A DNA stretch of 64,000 bases from Octopus sinensis (Eukaryota): assembly GCF_006345805.1 (NCBI RefSeq), contig NC_043020.1, positions 18,848,001 through 18,912,000 of the forward strand. Reading direction: 5' to 3'. Shown here piece by piece: positions 13,142-28,547 of the stretch. The notes beneath the pieces were generated by a model. The model had not been told where the DNA came from and made no database searches. It worked only from the letters and a program-made list of their open reading frames with translations. Numbering within the stretch: position 1 is the first letter of the stretch; every line of letters begins with the position of its first letter. The translations under genes were made by a program, and so were the position numbers.

Positions 13142-13359
13142 CAAGGGGGTGATGACACGTTCCTGGCTTTGGGTAAAAGAAAATCCAGGAAGATCATTTA
13201 ACTATGATTTTATTCATCCTGTTCCCCTCTCAGATTCGTACACTTATTGTAGCGGTCCTTCACTTTTTCTGAGCCCTGTAAAAGGACTCGGAAGGCTGGG
13301 CCACCAACCAGCTCTTTCGCGACACCCTTAATGCCAGGAACTTTTCAGATCCCCCATCA
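13142..13359. mobile_element. Short mariner-type MITE
   Basis: Imperfect TIRs CAAGGGGGTGATGACACGTTCCTGGC / GCCAGGAACTTTTCAGATCCCCC, flanked by TA. Confidence 0.6.
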
Positions 13360-13680
13360 TACATTTTCTTCGATCATATATTTTATCCACCGTTGTTACT
13401 TAATACTTCTTCACCCATTAGCTATGTTACAGATCGTCCCCCACCATGACAGACAATAAGAATAAAACACGAATGCCGCTTACATTTTTGCTTTGTGGAG
13501 CTTTGTAGATAATTAGAACTCTGTGATATTTCCAAATTGTTTTTCTCTGCAGTATGTGTGTGTATGATGTGTGAGTGTGTGTGTTGTTTGTTTGTGTGCG
13601 TGTGTGTGTGTGTATGAGCGTGTGTGTATGTGATGAGTGTATATGTCTGTGAGTTTTCGTCTGCATATATGTATGTATGC

Positions 13681-13775
<95 letters not shown>

Positions 13776-13916
13776 TAGATAGATAGATAGATATGGTTAT
13801 AATTTCAATTGACAAAAGCTTATTTTCAGCTCACCATATGAAGCAGAGTGACCTGACTTAATTATAAACACTCACACACACACACACATACGTACAAACA
13901 CACACACACACACATG

Positions 13917-13948
<32 letters not shown>

Positions 13949-14373
13949 TGCACACATGTATGCACATGCCTTACCCCTATTTTAAATGGCTGCATTCCAC
14001 CTAACAATAAAGAGTTAATTAGTAACCAATTAGTAACCAAATTTTCTTATTGTAAATATATATTTTGGGGTTTTTTTCTTTGTTTTTGTTAATAGTAATT
14101 AATTACTAATTAACTGGCGATTCCAGGTGCAAGCGATCAATCAATACCTGAGAATTGACCGCAGCTATATTGTCGGTGGTCTTTATAACAAAAGACCACC
14201 AGAGTCAAATAGAAATATCACTCACAAATCTGCCATCACAAGCAGATTCAACATGGCTACTATTTGGTAGATGGAAAGAACTTTTCGAAACATGCAGACG
14301 GCATTGATTTTTCTCTTTATTATTTTTGATTTTTTATTCATTTTTCTCATTGTTTATTTTTATTATTATTATT

Positions 14374-14412
<39 letters not shown>

Positions 14413-14422
14413 ATCATCATCA

Positions 14423-14501
<79 letters not shown>

Positions 14502-14502
14502 C

Positions 14503-15190
14503 AAGGCGGCGAGCTGGCTGAATCGTTCACGCGCCAGACGGAATGCTTAGTGGTATTTCGCCCGTCGTCCGCCGAGGTCGACTTTGCCTTTCATCCTTTC
14601 GGGGTCGATAAATTAAGTACCAGTTACGCACTGGGGTCGAAATAATCGACTTAATCCGTTTGTCTGTCCTCGTTTGTCCTCTCTGTGTTTAGCCTCTTGT
14701 GGGTAGTAAAGAAATAGGTATTTCACCCGTCGATACGATCTGACTTCAAATTCCACTGAGGTCGACTTTACCTTTCATCTTTTCGGAGTCGATAAAATAA
14801 GTACCAGTCGAACACTAGGGTCGATGTAATCAACTAATACCCTCTTCCAAAGTTGCTACCTTGTAATAAAATTTGAAATCATTATTATTATTATCAAGAC
14901 GGCAAGCTGGCAGAATCGTTAACACGCCGGGCAAAATGCTTTGCAGCATTTCGTCCGCCTTTACGTTCTGAGTTCAAATTCCGCCGAGGTCATCTTTGCC
15001 TTTCATCCTTTTGGAATCGATGAATTAAGTAACTCCCTCAAACTTCCAGGCCTTGTGCCTAAACTAGAAATGATTATTGTTATCATTATTGCTGCTGTTG
15101 TGGCGGCGGGCTGGCAGAATCGTTAACACTCTGGGAAAAGTCCTTTTTATGTTCTGAGTTCAAATTCCGCTGTGGTCGACTTTATCATCT
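14503..15190 (+). mobile_element. Tandem cluster of about four SINE family B copies and fragments
   Basis: Repeated units near 14503, 14720, 14895 and 15103, each with TTCAAATTCC..GAGGTCGACTTT; some separated by ATT repeats. Confidence 0.8.
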
Positions 15191-15230
15191 CTTTATTATT
15201 ATTGTTGTTGTTGTTGTTGCTATTATTATT

Positions 15231-16591
15231 TTATTGTCTTTTCACAGCTTCTAACGCTGGAGATGTGCTACGGTGTCAGCGGTTCACTACCAATAAACTA
15301 AGGTAACACCCCTTATTTATCGAGCACCATCCGGAGTAATCGAGTGGTTCCAAGCAGTGCTGTTTTCTGCAAGTGCTCCACCCTTATTGCAGCCCCTATT
15401 CGTTTCATGTACTTCTCAAGATTTTTACTCACTGTTCCTAGGGCTCCGACAATTATTACTACCACCTTTTTCAGTGACCACAACTGCTTAACTTCCCAAT
15501 CTAACCTGCCATATCTCTCGACTTTTCCTTCTTCATTATCGTATACCATGTTGTCAGCTGGGCATGCTATATCTATGATCCACCATCGTTTACTTCCTTC
15601 CTCAATTAAGACTATGTCCGGTTTCCTATTCCCTATCTCATGGTCGGACTGAATCATAAAATCCCATAGGATCTTTCCATCATCGTTTTCGATGATGCCT
15701 TCGAGTTTATTTTCGTACCACTTTTTTACTCTGTCAAGTCCGTACTTGTTGCAAAGTGTCCAAAGTGTCGTCATGGCGTCTCTTAAATTCCTTTTCGGCT
15801 AGTGGCGTACATTGGCTGGTAATACGCCATACGGTTTCACCGTTTTGTCCACAGATTCTGCACTTATCACTTTCTGCTGTGTTGTCTATTCTGTATTTTA
15901 CGTAGTTTGTTCTTAGTGATTGCTCTTGGGCAGCACAGATTAGAGCCTCCGTTTCCAGTTTTAAATCACTTTAGTCATCCACAGCCGTCTTATCTTCAAC
16001 ATCCCTACGAAATTGACCATGCATTCTTTTCTTTACCCACCTATTTTCAATTTCATTCGTTTTCAATTTCTTGTATAGTACTTTATCTTTGCAATCTTTC
16101 ATCCTACACAAGCCCGATCTTCCTACTTCTAATAATAGCGGTTCTGTGGCATTTTTTACATAACATGCTATGTTTGGTTTCTTTTATTTAATGTTGTGTT
16201 CGCATCCAACAAGTTGTCTTCTCCCTCTTTTTCTTGGTACAGACAGTCAGTCTGAGTAACTTTTTGGGTGGAGTGACCCATATCTAGTTGGCACCTTCCT
16301 TGTCTTTCTGTCTAAGCTGTTTAGTTCGTCTACTGTCCGTGTGATTACCCCTGCTCCATATCTAAGGAGTGAAACTGCCCAGGTGTTGATAGCTTCGATC
16401 TTATTTCGCCCGTTTAATTTCAACTTAAGTATCAGTCTCCGTCTGCGTAAGTACTATACCTTAAATGTTTCTGTCATTTCTTTAACCATTAATTTATCCA
16501 TTTCCAAAATCCCTAAGTACTTATAGCCCATCTCTTCTATCTGCTTCATAACCTCACCCAACTGTATCGTTAGTCCGTCCATACATTTGAA
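15231..16591 (-). mobile_element. 5'-truncated R4/Dong-like LINE (RT C-terminus, CCHC knuckle, REL endonuclease, 3' UTR)
   Basis: YKYLG near the 5' end; KCRICGQNGETV knuckle; KPDIVL..IIDIACP..K.ERY REL motif; QKTALLGTTRLLRMVL* terminus; ATT repeats at both flanks. Confidence 0.9.
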
Positions 16592-16621
16592 TTATTATTA
16601 TTGTTATCATTATTATTATTA

Positions 16622-16687
<66 letters not shown>

Positions 16688-16700
16688 TATTATTATTATT

Positions 16701-17223
16701 GAGTGAGTGAGAGAGCAGTGCATGCCATCAAAGTGACACTGGCGTAAAATATACGAAGCCCAGTATACCCAGCATAACTACCCATCTGATAAGGGTACAC
16801 TAGCCACATGCATCACAAACATATGCGCCCGACATGGTGATCTTATATCAAGATAAACAGCGCATGACCCAATTAGAATTTTCTTCAGGTTGAGTAGCCC
16901 ACCCCATTCAAAAGTCCCTGAATAAGGGCTGTTTAATGATGTTGAACAAAATACCCATGTTTCGAAACGTGAATTTTCCAAACCCCAAAGAATTCCTTTC
17001 AACACATGGATATGATGCTCCCCCACTACTTCTACTCGTGATCAGACATGCACATGTCGTCAGTCACTAAAGAACATACTAAACTGGTTAAAGTCAAGCA
17101 AATCTGTGGTAATATTTGCTGTAGCTCTTCTTTTCTACCAAGACAAAACAATGTACATGATAATACTTCCAATCAGTGAAGATCAGAAGCTCTGAGGGGC
17201 ACTGCCTGGTACTGCGTCAGGGC
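16701..17223 (-). mobile_element. ~550-bp (AAT)n-flanked element, copy 2
   Basis: Inverted homolog of 774-1327 with the same end points and ATT repeats on both sides. Confidence 0.75.
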
Positions 17224-17256
<33 letters not shown>

Positions 17257-17295
17257 CATCATCATCATTACTACTACTACTACTACTACTATTAC

Positions 17296-17361
<66 letters not shown>

Positions 17362-17409
17362 TAGTAGTAGTAAGGTGGTGAGCTGGCAGAATCATTAGCA
17401 CGCTTGAAA

Positions 17410-17975
17410 TTTTAGTGGAAAGCAATGATCCTGGATTTTTGTACCACAATATGTATGACAGTATCAAATCATCTGCTTAAAAGGTTCTAGGATTGCTCAA
17501 GATTGGATCGATGAGGATGGTTCTAAAATCAAACCCTTCCAAGAAACTATGCACAAAAGACACAAAGCATAGACCCCAAACAAAAACCGACCATCATTCA
17601 AAATCCTACGCATCTCCTCTAAAAAAAAACTACTTAGAAAAAGTTGCGTGAGAGGAACAATTCTTGGTGGACAAGAAAGATCCAAGAATTTGAACAGGCT
17701 ACTAACTCTAACAACTTAAGAGCATTGTATGTCAACCTGAAAAGTCATTTTAACCCCCAAAAAAGGACGGTACAGAACCTATATTTCTTAACGACGGGTC
17801 CAAATTCCTAAGTAGCAAAGATGAAATTCTAAAAATATAGGCTAAACAGTTTAAATCGGTATTAAATGAAGAATTCACTACCAATCCTGAAGTAATCAAT
17901 GAAATACTTCATAGGCCTATAATTGAGGAACTTGTAGAAGATTCTTCCTTGGAGGAGATAAGTACTGTTATTTAA
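17410..17975 (+). mobile_element. RTE-clade LINE fragment (region between endonuclease and RT)
   Basis: Degraded frames resembling LRE..N.WW, Y..LK, DG...L..KDEIL, QFKSVLN and EEI, typical of RTE ORFs. Confidence 0.55.
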
Positions 17976-19059
17976 AAAACGTTCCAACGCTGAAGCTCGT
18001 AGATAACACAGTATTCCCATAATTTGCAGCTGAATTATTTTGGTTATTCACACGCGGCTGGGATGAACGATCCAGTTTTAAACTTTACGAACATTTGTAG
18101 GTGCACTGGGGATACGTTTGTGTTCGTATGGTATGTATAAATATTTATAATTAGGTACGTTGAGTTACGTCATAGTGATGACGATAAAGGTTATATCCCT
18201 GAACTAGAAATCAACTGATCCGTGGCTTCACCTTAAAAAAACTTTTTTGTTCATTTCCCTCACTTTCAATCCATGTCTAAGTAATAAATAAAGTAGTTTT
18301 AGAGCTATTTGTCATCTTCTAGCATGTGGCATTACCTCGTAGTTTGCCCTTATTATAATTTTTATAAAAAAATATATATAAAATATATAAAAAATATATA
18401 TAAATATATAAAATATATATATATATATGTATGTATAAACATATACACATATATATAAACATGCATATATACATACATACATATATATACATATATATAC
18501 AAATATATATAGATTTATATATACACACAGACATATATCAAAAGAATGTGTTATAATACTATTCCACAGTCATTCCAACAATCCAACATACCTCCATCAT
18601 CAGCTGCCCCACGGATATCATTATGGTTTCGACACCTGGGCAGTACTACTCAATCCGGTGGTGTCAACAGCATTATGATAAGTGTTGTTTGGGAACAAAC
18701 AAACCTAAGAAACCACAACTATCAAACATATGTACAATTGTATCAATAAATAAATTCCATAAGTAAATTACAACCACTCCTAAATACGTAACTGAACAGG
18801 GGAGAACTCTATTAAGTCATAGAAAACTATAACCCGTGCCGTCTTCCGTAGTGTAATAACCAGATTATTTCAGTCAATCAATATGTAGGCAGAATTAAAC
18901 ACTAACCTTACTAAAAGTACAACAAGAGACAATTAAACCAATGTATATTGTATTGGTATTAATGTTAAAATGCAATAACTAAATTATAAGCTAAATTGCG
19001 ATCCAACTAGATAATAATCCCAACAGTCTGGGATAGGGTCCTGTTTATTTTCTGACTTA

Positions 19060-19720
19060 ATACGACCTTAGGTTTTGATTCCAGGTTTTGCTTCCACACC
19101 TGCAAATTCTTTTCCAGCTCTGATATAGAATCTGCTGAGTGCAAGATCATTAGCATATAGTAGTTTGCAGGGACTGACCAGTCTTGAATTCCTTTGTGAT
19201 GGCCTAGAGGACAATGAAGAAAAGTTGGGGACTGACGACTGAGTCTTGATGGACACTTCCCTGTACACCAAATTCTTCATTGTACTCATTTTTAACCCTC
19301 ACCTTATTGATAGCACCCCTGTACATGGTCTGTACAGCTTTCACAAGCCACTCGTCTACCCCAGCCTCTTCAGAGTCCACCATATCATACAGCTATCAAC
19401 GGCTTTCTCTGTCAACAAATACCAAGTATAATGGTTTATTCTCAGGTAAGCATTCCTCTTGAAGTTGCCTAACTACAAAAATAGCACCTGTAGTGTTTCT
19501 CTAGGGATGGGGATCAAAGTCAAACTACATTTTGTCTAGCCTAATTCTGCTCCTAATTAATTGGGTTATAACTCTCTCCATAATTTTCCTTACGTGTTTA
19601 ATGCCTCTATAACTGCTTCTAAGGTATCTCTCTTATCCTTGTAGCAGCTAACAATAATGCTGCCACACCAGTCACAGGTATTATGCAATCCTAAAAAACT
19701 TGATCAACTACATGGATGAC
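19060..19720 (-). mobile_element. RTE-clade LINE RT fragment
   Basis: KLLYANDLAL (decayed ELLYADDL), WLVKAVQTMY and QVWKQNLES in minus frames. Confidence 0.7.
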
Positions 19721-19842
19721 TCGTCCATATCCAATACATAAAAGAAGACAGAGAAGTAATTCAGCATTATGTCATTTGTTGCAACTTCTCTGCACGTCTC
19801 CATCTCTGTTTGTCTGTCTGTCTGTATAGATATATGTTCTTC

Positions 19843-20044
19843 TATTCTTTTACTTGTTTCATTCATTTGACTGCGGCCATACTGGAGCACCACCTTAAAA
19901 GGTCTTAGTCGATGAAATAGAATCCAGAACTTATTCTTTATCAGCCTAGTACTTATTTTACCAATCTGTTTTGCCGAACTGTTAGTTACGGGGACGTAAA
20001 CACACCAGCATCGGTTGTCAAGCGATGGCAGGGGGACAAATACA

Positions 20045-20060
<16 letters not shown>
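19843..20060 (-). mobile_element. SINE family A, 3' half
   Basis: Tail and post-microsatellite segment match family A; ends in the microsatellite that holds the DD41D element. Confidence 0.8.
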
Positions 20061-20094
<34 letters not shown>

Positions 20095-20181
20095 ATATAT
20101 ATATATATACATGCATACATACATACATACATACTACATACATACATACATACATCATACATACATACATACATACATACA

Positions 20182-22020
<1,839 letters not shown>

Positions 22021-22056
22021 ATCAGAAAAAATATTAAAATAAACAAATATCTCTAA

Positions 22057-25000
22057 CTAGCAGAATTGCCCGGCGTTGCTCGGGGCTGAATTGCTTGAAA
22101 GTACTGTTAATGATTGCACTAAATTATGATGATTATTCAGGCAAATATTGATATAAGTTTACGGCGAATGAATGTATTTGTAAGTGTATAGAAAGCCGTG
22201 TAAAGGGGTTCCTACCCCCTCGTAAAGTGGTGTAAGAATTGAATGCGAGGTTGCCTTGAAAAGAGCCATGTTATTGTTCTCATAATTGTAAGAATTTGAT
22301 AGTCGTGGAAGTTGATTTAATTTGTTCGCAGGTGAATAGGGCCTCTTCGTTTTCCACGAACGGCAGCGGATGTACTGTTACAAAACTCCATGCAGTGTTA
22401 AAAGAGAATGGATGCCCTATGTAGGCAAGAGGGGAATGAAGCATGGGTAAGTAAATTATAAAATATAGAACAATAGCATCTACTCACCATATGTCAGACC
22501 GGCAAGACTGTAGTGGTGCTGATTAGATGAATCACAACACAGTGGTGGAGATGTTTTCATTGATGGGCGTTATGATTAAATTTGTTGTTGTATAAAATTA
22601 TCTGTTGCTTAGTTTCCAAAGTGTATGTTGCGATCGTGTTGTCGCTTGTGTAAACTTTAACAGTGAGAGTGTAGATGTAGGTGGTAGATGTGTCATGTAC
22701 GTTGGATATAGAAGATGAGGCTGGTGGTTTGATGATGAATGGATAGAAATAGAGGTGAGCGAAGGACAGGTGTTGGTTAAGTGTGAATTAATGTAATGAA
22801 ACGCCTAAAAATGTAAATGCCATGATAAAAGAGTCGTATGTAAGTGAAATACTAATGTGTTCAAAAATGATGAAACATAGTAATCCTATAAAACCTCCTT
22901 GTACACAATGTTTTTTTGTTTTTCGTTGTGGAACGAATGCGAAAGAATCACTGTTGCTGCCGACACGCGGGCATCCAACATAAAGCTGACCATGAGAGGA
23001 ACATGGCTCTCCCAAATGTATTCCCGCCACAGACAGTGTTTGACCCTACGCTTTGTTAATTGACATTGCGAAACATGGCCTTACTGGGAACTGGGACCTC
23101 CGAAATATGAAAGGTAGGTCTGCTCCTGATAGGAAAAGATGCATCCTAGGTATGAGCACAACGTTGCCTCAACCGCACCCTGTGATAATGGTGGCCTCAA
23201 TCAGATTGGGAGATAAGGACTTAACGATCAAACGTGTGCCATTGCATTGTTTTGGGGGAACCAAATTTCTAATGAGCATTATAGGGGCACCAACTTTAAG
23301 TTTGAGAATGTGTGGTGGTAGTCCGGGGTGCTCGGGAACACTGCATCTCTGAGATCAGAAGGCGCTTTAACAATGGTACAAATGGAATCGATGGCAATAT
23401 TACCATTTTCATCCCCTGGTATTTTGCCTTCGCCAAGTGCAAGGAGGGCGTGAGAAAATGCTGCTGATGTGATATTACGTCGCATATGAGCACGCATATT
23501 GGTGTGAAGTTTGAGAGTCTTCACCAGTGGCCACAATGTGGATGACTTAAGACACGCACTTACTGCATCAGTTCTAGTCCCTTTGGGAATAACGGGAAGT
23601 GTTTGTCGGAAGTCCCCTGAAAGAAGAAGTGGTATGCCTCCCATGGGAGCTGAAGAGTGTTTGATGTCTCTGAGAGATCTATCTAGTGCCTCAAGAGCAC
23701 GTCTGTAGGCCATCGTGCATTCATCCCAAACGATAAGCTTGCATCGTCTGAAGACTTCTGCCTGATCGGAGCTGTTACTGATGTTGCAAGTTGGTGTCTC
23801 AGTCTTCGCTAAGTCAAGCGGAAACTTGATAGTGGAGTGAGCTGTCCTGCCGCCTGGCAACAAAGTAGCCGCAATTCCAGATGATGCCACAGCTAGGGCA
23901 ATGCCTTGTGTTTGCCTAATCTCAGCCAATATCAATTTGTTGAGAAAAGTTTTCCCAGTGCCCTCAGAAGCGTCCAGGAAAAAAATCCTCCCAAAGGCAT
24001 TTTAACAAAAATGCTTCCGTAAAGACGGTGAAAATATTGTCAATGTCCCCAAACAGGGACACAATTCAATTAAGAAATAATAACCAAAACCCCTTCTCCA
24101 AAAGGGGGAGGGTTATGGTTTACAATTATTTAACAAATGCAACACAACAACGTTTCCCTGGCGAGAAACCAACAAACGTGATTACAATAGTCAAACAGTA
24201 ATAATAATAACAACAAACCTTTTTGATTTATCCCCATTTATGTGAAACCACTTATTCAAGTTCAAGTCATTGATGCAATTTTATACGAATTGCTAATACA
24301 CACACACACATAATAAGGTTGAAAAATTGAATATTAATTTGATTAATATGAATTGAAAACCAGTGGTGTAGCATATAAGACCATAGCGGATCTTCCTCTA
24401 GCTAAAACGATGACCACTATTAATGGCTCATCCCTGTCACACACACACACACACTCACACACACACACACACACGCACACACAAACACACACACACACAC
24501 ACCTTAGCTTACAATTTTCTTTCAACAATTGACACTGTCATATATGTATATGTTTGCGTGTCTATGTGTGTAACGAGGAAGTGGGAGTAATAGGCTGAGT
24601 GAAGCCTTTGAAGTGAGCGAGGGAAATCGTAAAATATTGAGTTTTCTCGAATTTTTGCTTAACTGGGGGTCAAATTGAAAGAAATTTATATGCGATGACC
24701 GAATGGAATGTACTTGGAAAAATCCTAGGTAAATTCTAATTGAAGAAATTGTGTGAGGAGTAAATCGTTATGTATTTATTTATTTGTGTTTGCTCTGTAT
24801 TTTTTTTTAGTAGTAGTTTAAGGTACACTTGCAAAGAGAAAGTAGGAGTAATTATGGTAATAGCATGAGTGAAGCAGTTGAAATTAGAGAGGGAAATCGT
24901 AAAATATTTACTTTTCTCGAATTCTTGCTTAATTGGGGGTCAAATAGAAAATACTTTACATGCCATGACCCAATGGAATCTACTTGTAAAAATCGTAGGT

Positions 25001-25091
25001 AAATTCCAATTGAAGAAATTCTATATTGTACAATTGTATAAAAAACGAACGGTTTGGGAGGCAGAGAAAATCTGCCTTTTATCATAAGAGA
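22057..25091 (-). mobile_element. Deleted Helitron, copy 1
   Basis: On the minus strand: A|TC 5' end at 25091, hairpin CCCGAGCAACGCCGGG (22069-22084) 8 nt before CTAG|T at 22057; carries PIF1 helicase fragments. Confidence 0.9.
22890..23990 (-). pseudogene. Helitron RepHel PIF1-type helicase fragment
   Basis: SSGIAATLLPGGRTAHS, LIVWDECTM, GDFRQTLPV and SHGQLYV motifs, with frameshifts and an internal deletion. Confidence 0.9.
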
Positions 25092-25290
25092 TAGACGATA
25101 TTAATATTTTCCAGTTTGTCAAAACTGTGGAAGGAGCTGATTGAATGGAGATATGTGTTACGCAGTTCTATGATCGAATAAATAATAAAGTTCCAGGTAA
25201 GGTCTATTAGCAGCAACAATGGAGAATGTCTGACGATAATACGTGGCAAGGAACAGTTTGTATATATATGATAAATATATTATATATATG

Positions 25291-25348
<58 letters not shown>

Positions 25349-25584
25349 AGGTATGTATGTATATGCGTGTGTGTATGTTTGCATGTATGTATGTATGTAT
25401 GTATGTATGTAAGTCTGGATACATATATGTTAGAAGGATGTTAAATAGAAAAAGGAAACTTAAATATAAGAGTTTTCGGATTTATAGACGTAAAATAGTT
25501 ATTATATTATTAAAACACACACACATCCACGCATACACATTCAAACACACATACACATCCTCACACATGTACACACGCGAACAC

Positions 25585-25615
<31 letters not shown>

Positions 25616-26178
25616 TACATGCATACAAACATATATTGTCTTCACATCGAGTTTCTAGTTGGAAACTGTTTATATGTGTACATTTATTATATAATACCAT
25701 TATTTTTTACTGTTCGCATCCATTTATCATCAATGCTAACATAGATGGGATGGTGGCAGAAAATTTGTCAAACATCAGCGTAATGTGGTATAATGGCTTT
25801 ACCGCTGGATTCCCATCTTACTGCTCGAAAAAAAGCAGAAAACATATATCTACATACATATGAATGTGTGTGTACGTGTTGATCTTAATATATCTATCTA
25901 TCTATTTCTGTATGAATGTGTGTGTGCGCACGCGTGCACCTGTGAATGACGACCACCGTGTTTAGTCTGTGTGTATGGGGCATCATATCTAACTCTATAC
26001 ATATGAATCGGTACGTGTGTGTATGCGTAAGTGTAATACCCATACACATACAAGTACAGATACGTTGTCATCTAAGAAGATATATCTCTCTCCCTCTATC
26101 TTCCCCTCTTTCTCAATATTCGTACGCTCATACAAACACACACACACATATATACGTATATGTATATGCATATATATA

Positions 26179-26220
<42 letters not shown>

Positions 26221-26232
26221 AATATATATATA

Positions 26233-26264
<32 letters not shown>

Positions 26265-26271
26265 GTATGTA

Positions 26272-26465
<194 letters not shown>

Positions 26466-26466
26466 T

Positions 26467-26925
26467 ACAAATTAGTAAATAAATGGCACAACAAAGTACC
26501 GATATTTACTGGAATAGCGAACGTAAAAATACGACGCTAAAGTGTAGCTTCACCGCGTATGTATTAGTAAAAATGCGTGTGTGCAACAAAATAGAGAAAA
26601 AAAACCGTCTTACCTCCAGGGAGAACATCTGAAAGATGAAACACCCGGAAAATGGATAATGTGGTACCTGCAGGTTTCAGGTTTTGCAAGATATGTCTCT
26701 CACCCATATTTGCTTTAATGCAGGTACCACATTATCCATTTTCCGGGTGTTTCATCTTTCAGATGTTCTCCCTGGAGGTAAGACGGTTTTTTTTCTCTAT
26801 TTTGTTGCACACACGCATTTTTACTAATACATACGCGGTGAAGCTACACTTTAGCGTCGTATTTTTACGTTCGCTATTTCCAGTAAATATCGGTACTTTG
26901 TTGTGCCATTTATTTACTAATTTGT
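26467..26925. repeat. Long near-perfect palindrome: 206/207-bp arms, 46-bp spacer
   Basis: 26467-26672 is the reverse complement of 26719-26925 apart from one extra T seen by eye; lies between (TA)n tracts. Confidence 0.95.
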
Positions 26926-26995
26926 GTATTTTTCCCTCACGGGCTACTTTTTACTGGAAGGCAATACTTTGTATTGCATTACTGATATTTTATAA

Positions 26996-27051
<56 letters not shown>

Positions 27052-27399
27052 ATATATATATAACGTAAGGTGTATTAGCCATCTGAATGTGGCTAGCCAT
27101 TGGGGGGTGGGGTGTTACTGATGCTTTTAGCCCCAGGCGATCAACGTCACCAGAAGGACTTTAGACACTATCTCAGTGCCCTTGTGTTATTTGCAAAGGG
27201 AGGTCATCCTCCCTCGAAGACCCGAGTACTACATACGGACTATAGTTTCAAGGTAATTGCCTCTCGTCAACGCATGGTCAGCACCGGTCTTCGATGAAGG
27301 AGTCCCCTTGCAAATAAATATATAACGTTTTTCACAGCAACCAGTGTCACTGATTTAGAAAAACTGTCTGAAAACAATAATAAATCTCTGAACGAGATA

Positions 27400-28445
27400 T
27401 AAACAGTAACCGCTCGACAGTTTCAGCTCAGAGCTGCGGCCATGCTGATGCACCGCCGTTTTGCGCTACACTGTTATTACTAGGAGCCTCCTCTAATATG
27501 TGGCACTTGATGAAGAATGGAATTTGATATAGCTACCCTCATTTGCACCTCTTGCCGTGAGGTAGGCTCATCTGGGACTCTCGACAAGAAGAGGTCTAGC
27601 TTCGATTTAAAAACCCCTACATCTACTTTGTGCAAGTTCCTCAGCCTCTTTGGGAGAATATTAAAAAGCTGTGGGACCTTGAAACCCAGGCTGTTGCAGT
27701 AACCGGTCCTGAAGCATGATGGCATTGCTGAGATCTTTGGCACTATGCAGTGTCATCCTGTTCTGGCATTGGTGTAGCTTTTAATGCCAAAATTTGGCAC
27801 AATTCCTTCCAGGATCTTCCAGATATATATTACTGCATACCTCTCGCGTCTTCTCTCCAGGGAGTAGAGTCTTAGCTATTTCAACCTTTCCCAGTAGCTG
27901 AGCTGTTGCAAAGAGACGATCTTCTTTGTGAATCTTCTCTGGATTGCTTCAAGGTCCGCTGTTAATCTCACATAGGGGGGTGACCATAGCTGTGAGCAGT
28001 AATCCAGGCGGCTGAGGACGAATGTCCGCTAGAGGACCATCATGGTTTCCTTATCTCTGGTTCTGAATGTTCTTAGGATTCATCCAGCCAGTCGTCTGCA
28101 CTTTGTCGCCATCCTGGTAATGTGCACTTGGAATGAGGTATCATCACACATGTCGATACCCAGGTCCCTCACTGACTTAGGCTCTTGGATTGAAATTCCC
28201 TGTGGACCGGTGTACCCTGCAGGCTTAATATTCAGTTTTGGATGCTGGTAGCACAGGGCCTGAATTTTTTCAGCATTAAACTGCATATTATTATCCTCAG
28301 CCCATCTGTAAATTGAGTCCAACTCCTGCTGCAGGTGTGCAACATCGCTTGAGTTCTGTATTTTCTGTGAGACTTTCGTATCATCTGCATAGCTTGCCAG
28401 AGTGGCTACCCGGGCATTTGATGGGATATCTGAGAGGGCCACTAT
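27400..28445 (-). mobile_element. 5'-truncated CR1/L2-group LINE (RT C-terminus and 3' UTR)
   Basis: SYADDTK, MQFNAEK, VRDLGI and FKSKLDLFLSRVPDEP; stop at 27480-27482, then a short 3' UTR. Confidence 0.85.
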
Positions 28446-28462
28446 AAATCTATTTATATGTC

Positions 28463-28497
<35 letters not shown>

Positions 28498-28547
28498 AGA
28501 GAACAAAGTGTACGTACGTCGCTATATATATATATTATATATATATA

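Noticed and set aside
27285-27320. Hammerhead-like CGATGAAGG...GCAAA
   Set aside because: Both cores are imperfect and there is no stem I.
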